Of a stretch of 64,000 nt of DNA, positions 55,901 through 64,000 are shown one piece after another. How positions within the stretch are numbered: the stretch's first letter is position 1; each line of letters opens with the position of its first letter. Origin of the DNA: Vermamoeba vermiformis. Its lineage: Eukaryota. Position numbers and translations under genes: made by a program. The notes under the pieces are model-generated. The model saw only the letters and a program-made list of their open reading frames with translations. It made no database searches and was not told the origin of the DNA. The DNA lies in NCBI GenBank assembly GCA_045837725.1, contig JBEWZL010000179.1, positions 620,001 to 684,000 of the forward strand, read 5' to 3'.

Positions 55901-57648
55901 CCGTTCTTGACAACTGGCTCGCACATCACGCTTCAGATTGACGTTATCTACGAGAGCTGCACCAATCACACGTGGTATCTAAACAACGTTGAAGTTCTCC
56001 CATCCAATGATCGCTCAAGCACGTATGATTTTGTAATTGGACCCGAAGGCGCTCAGTCTGGCTCGAAGTTCTACGTCGTGGCAATCTGTGGAGAGTCACG
56101 ATTAACCTCGGACCCGTACATAGTCCCAGATACTACTATTCCCGTATGGGCCTTTATTATTATCCTAATTGGTGGTGCTGGCGTTGTCAGTGCAGTTGTA
56201 GTCATCACTTACATCAATTACAAACGGCTGCAACGAAGCAAAGAACAAGAAGTCGAACTCAAAACCATGTTAAGCAAAGCGCACGAAGAAACAATTGCTC
56301 ACCGCAATAACAAAGGTGCACAGCTCATCAGCTGCATTACTTGGGAGTGGGAGCCAGACAGCAGCTTCTCGTTCGCTCCCATCGATAATTTCCCTGTTCG
56401 CATTGACACTTCACACCTCAGTCTCGGAAAGAAGAGTGATCTGCTTGAAGTCGATGTCTGGACACAAGGTGTTTTAGAAATTTCATCAAAGAAGATCAAG
56501 AAGAGAGCGAGAATATCATCGTTCTTGAATCAACGATTGATCGAAGAATCGCCTCACGTTACGATCTATGCGCCGCAGTCTCCAAAGTTCGAAGTTAAAG
56601 TCTCACCAGAAACTTTCAGTCTTGAAGACGGCACTGACGTCACCGTGACAGTCTCGGTCCGATTGCGAATTACCACCAAAGTGAAGATCAAGCTGTTGAT
56701 AGTCCTCGAGAACCAACGCGTCTATTCGTCAATTGACTTCACATTGGCCAGTTTGCCCTCGCCGTGGATTGACCTCGAAGACATTCAAATGAGCAACGAT
56801 TTCCTTGGCCGCGGAGGGTAAGTGTCAAAGTTATCAGACTGGCCTTTATTAATGTTGTTCATAGTTTCGGATCCGTTGTTCGTGGCACGTACAAAGGACA
56901 AGATGTTGCTGTGAAGACGTTGAAAGAAGACATTATGGAAGAACAAGAAAAGAAAGAGTTTGACCGAGAAGTGATGATCATGCGCAGCTTGCGCCATCCG
57001 AACATTGTGCAATTCATTGGTGCTTCGAACATTATGAAGCGCGTTGCTATTGTCACTGAACTGGCACCATTAGGAAGCCTTGCGTCGCTCCTAGCCAAGG
57101 ACTATCTTATCGCTTATCCACTCAAGCTCGAGATCCTATTGGAGATTGCCAGAGCCATTCAGTTCCTGCACGCAAACGATGTCATTCATCGTGACATTAA
57201 GCCTGGCAATGTCTTAGTCTTCTCATTAGAACCGAAAGCAACGACACACGTCAAAGTGTCAGACTTTGGCACGTCAAAATTTGTTGCAGAACAGGCAGCA
57301 CCAATGACGAAGAACACAGGCACTGTGAATTATAATGCACCTGAAACATTCGGAAAGAATCCATTGTACACTTTCAGCGCCGACATCTTCAGCTTTGCAA
57401 TTATGATGTGGGAAGTTATTACGAATGTACCAGCCTTCTCAAAGGAAATTCATCCTGATTTCTCATTTGACTACAAGATTGAAGAGCACATCATTGCTGG
57501 CAGAAGATTGGAAATCCCACGTGAGGTTGACCCTCGTCTTGCCGCTCTGATCACTGATTGCTGGGCGCACGATCCAAAGAGCCGTCCTACAAGTGACAAC
57601 CTTGTACAGCGATTGAGTGTTCTCGCGCAAGAAACACGCAACAATTAG
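52965..57648 (+). CDS. Receptor kinase: signal peptide, Kelch-like propellers, Ig-like domains, TM, juxtamembrane beta domain and TKL Ser/Thr kinase, 4 exons
   Basis: Kelch motifs LFIFGG, LYIAGG and LVFAGG; Ig-like LRYSWRLN...GVYSVHI; TM WAFIIILIGGAGVVSAVVVITYI; LGRGG|FG, HRDIKPGN, DFG and APE. Confidence 0.92.
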
Positions 57649-57910
57649 ATTGTGCTTGTTCATTGGTAGTGCTCGGTGCAACTCAAGTTCAAATACGCCC
57701 GCTCCTCACGGAGTTGTTGCAAGTATCTAGCGTCACGTTATAATTTCTCGCTTGAATCGCGACCTGTAATAATTTGTAGCATCAAATAAATTAATAGAAT
57801 TGTGTTTAACGAAAATTAATCATGGTTTTATTCTCACTGCTCCCAGCACAGCACAACACGATGACTAACAAAAAGACCAGGAAATGCATTTATAACACAA
57901 AATAAAACCG

Positions 57911-58163
57911 ATGCAACAAGCAACTCTTCGTCCTGCAGATCCAGAAGGTTAGAAGTGATCTACAACGCTGGAAAAAAATGCGCTTACTCCCTATTATATA
58001 GGCCGCAATATTCAAAGTAAGTTGCTACAATATATTGACGGATCCGACTTCAATCGTAATTTTAATATTTACTTATTTTTCAAAAATATTCGTTTTTTAT
58101 ATTCTACGCTATTTAACGTAACTTACGACTGCAACAGGAAAGTGTGCACCATCTGAACCATAG
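57911..58163 (+). CDS. Possible 25-aa micropeptide gene with 3 exons
   Basis: Exons 57911-57947, 58002-58016 and 58138-58163, joined by GT-AG introns, give MQQATLRPADPEGRNIQRKCAPSEP*. Confidence 0.4.
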
Positions 58164-58310
58164 AAAATACCAAAATAATGGAGGCGGCGCTACGACCAAT
58201 AGTTTCTCCAAATTAGGTAAGGAAACGGAGGCGGATGTTCTCGAAGAATCGAAATTTGGTTGTCATAAATAACCAATTTAACTTTATCTCATTAAAGTCA
58301 CAACACCATA

Positions 58311-60319
58311 ATGAAGCACAACAAGTTACACGAGGGCGAGATCGCGCTGCAAAGGATTACTAAAGTAGACGGCGAGATCTATGATGTAAGCTTAACAGTG
58401 AATCAGACGTTATATACTTATTTGTGTACTCATATATAAATATTATAGATGGTCGGTAGGGTCTTTAGGAGCTACATGCCAGATCAGCACCGAATATTTT
58501 TCGGAAATCAACCTTACTTAGCGCTCGGTAAGTGATATAGCCATAAACAGATAAAATATGTATATACTCATATTTAATAGGCTCTATTGATGCTGACGGC
58601 AGACCTTGGGCTAGTATCGTAGTTGGAAAACCTGGATTCGCTTCGTCGCCGCTCCCCACTTTACTCCAAATCAAAACTAATATTATACCTGGTACGCAAA
58701 AATTATAACTACTCTATACAAGCAATGAGATTGCTGACGAATTACAATACAGGTGATCCACTAAAGAAGGCAATTAAAAATGGATCTTATATCGGAATGG
58801 TTGGAGTTGAACTGCCAACAAGAAGACGCAACAGAATGAATGGCAGAATTATTGAAGTAAAATCTGGTCAGCACGATACATCCGACAACTTTTTCATCAA
58901 AGTAGATCAGAGTTTTGGAAATTGTCCGAAATACATCCAAACACGCTCAATCGAGATTGATGGACAAAAATTATCAGCATTAAGTCAAATTAAACCTCCA
59001 ACAGTATCAACGTCATTGAATGAAGAACAGATCTCGTTGATCCGGAAGAGCGACACTTTCTTCGTGGCCAGCAGCTACGTGCCCAATGACACAGACCCCT
59101 CGTCAGGTGCAGATGTTTCACATAGGGGAGGCAAGCCTGGATTTGTTGTGGTGCTCAATGAAACGACGCTCAAGTGGCCTGATTACACCGGCAAGTACGT
59201 GTCACGCAAACATAGTTTTGTCATGCAAAAATGTTCCTAACGATTTCGACTTCAGTTTCATCTTCAATACACTAGGCAATATATACAAGAATCCTAAATG
59301 CGGCCTTGTTTTTCCGAACTTTGAGACTGGTGACGTGCTTCAAATGACAGGCGAAGCATACATTTTGTTCGACGAAAAATCCTTGCCCGGTGCACAGCGT
59401 ATGGTGCAGTTTAATATCAAAGAAGTACGACACACGAAGGCCGCACTGCCATTCAAATCACAGTTCTTGGAGTACTCACCTTACTCACCTGAAATTGAGT
59501 GTAAGTGTCACCTTTGGAGAGTCATACACGAAGACTAATATCCGTCTTACAGTCGGACCTGGCATCAACCCAGAGACAGGCGTCAAGGGCTATACGTTGC
59601 AATGTTGTGACATTCGACAGGAGACACCTGACACGAAGACTTATCAGCTGTGCGGTGAGATTGCATTGACTAACAATCAAGTCCCTGGTCAATACGCGAC
59701 ATTCGACATAGAAATCAATGGTCAGAATTACGTCAGAACATGGACTATATCATCTGCTGGCGCCAAGTCAGACTACTCGATTGAAATCACAGTCAAGCGG
59801 AAAAAAGGCGGAATTGTGTCGAACTATCTGTTCGATAACTTTACGCTCGGCAGTGAGATTAAACTGACGGGCATGGGTGGAGAATTCACGTTGAAGAATG
59901 CGCTGGGAAACAAACAAAAGTTGCTTATGATCGCTGCTGGCACGGGCATTACGCCATTTATGTCAATGTTACAAGGACTCTTTGGACAACAACCAACACA
60001 CGACTTCACAAAGCTTGACATTGTCTTATTATACTCGAATAGGACATTAGCAGATTCGATCTTCTTGACGGAGTTAATGACGCTGACATCGGTGTCTGAA
60101 GGGCACTTTAAACTACTCGGAGTTACCACGCAGGAAGAAGTTGATTGGCTTTTGCACGGCAGAATTGATAAAAAAATGATTATTGATCACGTGCCTGACT
60201 TGCACGAACGGCGAGTAGCCCTGTGTGGTCCTGAAGAGTTCATGAAGCACGTGCAAGATCAACTCAGTGAATTGTCGTTTCCTTTAGCTGATTGTTTGTT
60301 AGAGAACTATAATTTCTAA
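58311..60319 (+). CDS. Pyridoxamine-5'-phosphate-oxidase-like split-barrel domains fused to an FNR-type FAD/NAD(P)-binding oxidoreductase, about 5 introns
   Basis: LHEGEIALQ, MPDQHRIFF, GRPWAS, TRRRNRMNG, SFGNCPKYIQ, DVSHRGGKPGFV, RTWTISS, IAAGTGITPF and CGPEEFM. Confidence 0.9.
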
Positions 60320-60548
60320 TAAACGAAGCAACCGTCAATCACGCGAGATATTTTTGGGTTTTTCTTATCGTATCTTCTAGAACCTGAAGAAAAAACCATC
60401 TTCACTTAATTCGTACTCCAATAAAGCAACTCCATTGAATGCAGATGCAGTTGTAAGAAGTAGGTGCTTACAGGCTTTTGTTCGTCAGTTGCTGCGAAAT
60501 AAGTTATTTTTGTAAATATTTAAAAAGAAGAACAGTGCACTCCTTCAA

Positions 60549-63500
60549 ATGTCCTTATGGCTAAAGGCATGTACAATACTGCTGTTCATTGCGTGCATTG
60601 ATAGCATGCAATGGAGAGAGCCAACGTCTTGGACATTTATGGGCGTTTTGGATGGGCACGATTACTCTCGCGGAAGTCGCGCGTATTTTTGGAAACCTAA
60701 TTGCCCGCATGGTAAATAATCCATATAATATACGAACGATCGAAATTCAAATAAACAAATTAGTGCAAATTATTTTTAATTTTTCGTTCGAAAGTGTCAG
60801 ATGCCGTGTCATTAAATATCCTTTAATTTAATTTTCTACTTCATAATATATTAGTATTGTTAGAAAATAGTATTGAATAATTTTCGGCTTCAGTGAAATG
60901 AAGCGCTTTCCAGTCACATTTCTGATCTCTCGATTAGGCTTTTTACGCATTGGTGACGCGGTAACATCCGAAAATATCATACCCACACGAGTAATTGCCT
61001 GTGTATTTGGTCAAGATTACGAAATTACGCCTATATCTCACGATATGATGACGCTCATTTACGATCCCGCAAATAGCGAACTATTATTTTATCGAGGATT
61101 CGCACCAGGTACTAATTCAATAATGCTATAATATTATTTACTACTATTTACATGACTAACAATAATCAACCGTTCTCGTATTATCGGACTAGCAAACTCG
61201 ATCTGACATTTCTCAACGATTATAGGACCCGTAGCAATGTTAGGCACGATGATTACAACAACAGCATCATTTACGCCTGATGTTGGACGCGGAAAAAGAT
61301 CAACAGAAGCTGTTCAAGCGGTCGATCCGAACCTTCAATTTTATGCGGCTTTTATTGGGCCTTGTCTGGGCACCCATCAAGTAAGAAATTCTACCGCTCG
61401 CTATATTTAGCAATATAATTAACTATTTAAACACCCAGTGGTGCGATCTGACTTCGCGTTTCGAATCCGTGGGTCAGTTTATCATTGGATTTAATCCATT
61501 CGAAGCGCTTCACTTCTCAATGCCTGGAAATTTATTTTTACCGGCGTCCAATCCAAATCCATCGATATTGGGCTGCTTAGCGAAGAAATGTACGGAAAGA
61601 ACGATTTTGAAATTTGTTTCTCGTTCACTGAAACTATCATTAGGTGCCTGTGGCGGCTGCGTGCATGGAAATTGTACCGAAGATGGGCGCTGCGATTGTC
61701 ACCCTCAATGGATGGGTCTTAGTTGTGACAGTAAGAAACCACATCAGATCCGAATGTTGTTTCGTTTACTAATTTGGCGAAATATTGCAGAGGATATTAA
61801 TGAATGTGCGCAAGGCACCGCTCAATGTGACCCACTCGTAGAATGTATTAATGACATGGGCGGATATAGCTGTGGTAAGTACTAGAAACTTCTAGAACAA
61901 CATTGTCATTCGAAAATCTTTTGACACGAGCATCCGTTTGACTTTTTTTGACTGAAAGTTCAATTATACACTATGGTACATGATAATATCAATATATGGG
62001 CTCTATAATTAATTTTTGAAAGTTTTACGCCGTTCACATTTTGACACTTTTGACAGGTCCGTGTCCTCCAGGCTTCAATGACATCTACAGCAACGGCACA
62101 CTATGCGAAGGTAAATACTATAATGTATCATCTTTTGGTCCTAGTAATAATACTGTAGTACATTAGATATCGACGAATGTGCAGATCCAACGCTCAATAA
62201 TTGTGCGTCGTTGGGATTAAATTGCACAAATTTGCCGGGGAGATTTCAATGCACGGACTGCGAGGTTGGCAGCTACAGACCCACCCCGGGCTTGCAATGC
62301 AGATTTCAGTCGTGTGGCAATGGCAAGTGGGACGACAAAGAGGAGTGTGACGGTGGACTCGGCTGCTTTGCGAATAATTGCACTTGTTCGCCGCTGTGGG
62401 AACCTACTGTCCCGCGCTCACCTGACTGTCAACGACGTAAGAAAATTCTTGCAACACTTCATACAAACCTTTACGACTTTCCAAATTTGGAATTAATTGC
62501 TCTATTGCTTTGAAGAGAGGCGTTTCCTAATTTGGTCATATCCTTTAGGTTGCGGAAATCTGAGACTGGATCTGCCCGAAGAACAATGCGACGGCGGTGA
62601 AGGCTGTCGAGCAGAGCTGTGCATTTGCAACACTGGTCGCGGCTATCAGCCCATCAATTCAACTTCGTGTGGCTTCAGTAAGTGATGCACACCATTGTTT
62701 TCCTATTGTCATTGCTACTTGCAAATGATTTTTTGCATATGACACGTGTCACATATCGAATGACTCAATCATCTATGTTATGATGAATTACTTATTGTGA
62801 ATTGTGTTGTAGGACTGACAGACCCCGAAGATATTTTGTGTGCTCGGCTTTCAGGCAATGGCTGCGAAGAATGCACGCAATTCAACTGCATTTGGTGTCC
62901 GAACGAAGAAATCTCTTGCGTGCCCAGATCGAGACCCACTGGTGGTTGCACAAGTACGTACAATGAAAATAAATTTATTCTATCCATTGATTTTTTAGAT
63001 AAAATGAGGTGCATTAATAGTGAAATTTTACTATAAATTCCAATAATCGTGCTAAATGATATTAATTTTTTGTAATTATCAGCCACGTGCAATGGTGCCA
63101 TCGTAAATCCACCAGCTGATGACGTGGCAACTGAAAGTCTGAACAAAATCATTTTGATTATTTCACTAGTCGGTGCAGCGGTGATTGTCGTTGCAGGCAT
63201 TGGCATTGGTGTGCTGATCATTTATCGACGAAGAAAACGATTGAAACGATTGGAGGAAGAGCGATTACTCGATTTGGAACGGAAACGTATGGCTGCTGTT
63301 TCCAAATATGGAATTGCTCGGTCAGAAGTTGGTCAAACTACCGCTGGTGAATGGAACCCGCCAAATGATTCTACGTACGAAATTTCATTTTTTATTAATT
63401 AAACGCTAATTTTTTGCGACAGGCTAATCTTGGTCGAACAATTGCCGTTCACGGTAAGTAAAATGACTTTCCTAATTTGGTAGCACGAAGTTGATGAATG

Positions 63501-64000
63501 TTTTTCAGATGTCCAAAGCGGTGTTTGATTTTAACAACGGAGAAAATCAGTTCAAAGTCAATTCACTTTACGTTGACCGCGTCACAATCTCGCTCAAAGA
63601 TAAAGTCCCAAAACCACCGAAAAAACACAAGAAAATGGACGAAGACAAAATTCCGCTGGTCACGCAGACTGAACACAAGAAACGGTCCGGCGAGGCTGAT
63701 GAAGTTCATTTTGTCTTTCACAACGTCGACTCGCACAAATATCGCTTGGAATTTATGCCGAATTCGGGCTACTTAAAGAAGGTACAGTACAGCATGATTA
63801 AGCGCATATATTGTTGACACGTGTCAAAATACGAGCACGTGGATATCATTTACAATGGCCTAACGGCACACTTGCGATATTTTAACGTGTCAAAGTGTCA
63901 TAATGTCAAACTCATACTAATGTTTTTTTGTTCATTAGGGCAAAGACCTTGATATCACAGTGACTATGGAAGTTAAAATGACCACTGAAGTCGAGATAGT
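60549..64000 (+). CDS. Type I receptor with EGF/EGF-Ca and other Cys-rich repeats, TM and juxtamembrane domain; truncated at the window end, kinase possibly beyond
   Basis: Signal peptide MSLWLKACTILLFIAC; DINEC and DIDEC EGF-Ca starts; CGNG...EECDGG repeats; TM IILIISLVGAAVIVVAGIGIGVLII followed by YRRRKR. Confidence 0.85.
62740..62751. repeat. Intronic palindrome TGACACGTGTCA, copy 5
   Basis: Exact 12-mer in an intron of the EGF receptor gene. Confidence 0.9.
63815..63826. repeat. Intronic palindrome TGACACGTGTCA, copy 6
   Basis: Exact 12-mer, extending to TTGACACGTGTCAA, in an intron of the EGF receptor gene. Confidence 0.9.

Noticed and set aside
60816-60824. ATATCCTTT resembling a U12 donor
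   Set aside because: It sits inside an apparent ordinary GT-AG intron with no exon ending at that point.

Overview
Gene-dense, AT-rich eukaryotic DNA with many short GT-AG introns. Gene content (TKL receptor kinases, many F-box genes, a Crinkler-type NTPase/nuclease, PEP synthase) suggests an amoebozoan-like protist; this is inference. About 28 protein-coding genes were assembled by hand, and exon boundaries are my manual reading. Recognisable genes: a tRNA nucleotidyltransferase, an NRBF2/Atg38-like MIT protein, a LYR protein, RPS12, a REV1-like polymerase, a WD40 protein, PDCD7/U11-59K, five F-box genes, an SDR, RAD51C, AGXT2, PA28, DDX42, ppsA, two receptor kinases plus a truncated EGF receptor, and a flavin oxidoreductase. 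No rRNA, tRNA, CRISPR array or intact transposon was recognised. Best leads: (1) a REV1-family polymerase whose templating Arg-Leu is replaced by Thr-Phe, with no BRCT domain and a PIP-like tail; (2) the 12-bp palindrome TGACACGTGTCA, found at least six times and always inside introns; (3) a tRNA nucleotidyltransferase with a shortened flexible loop, suggesting CC-adding activity; (4) a degenerate NTPase-nuclease between two paralogous split-F-box genes, with stop codons overlapping on a shared TTAA.
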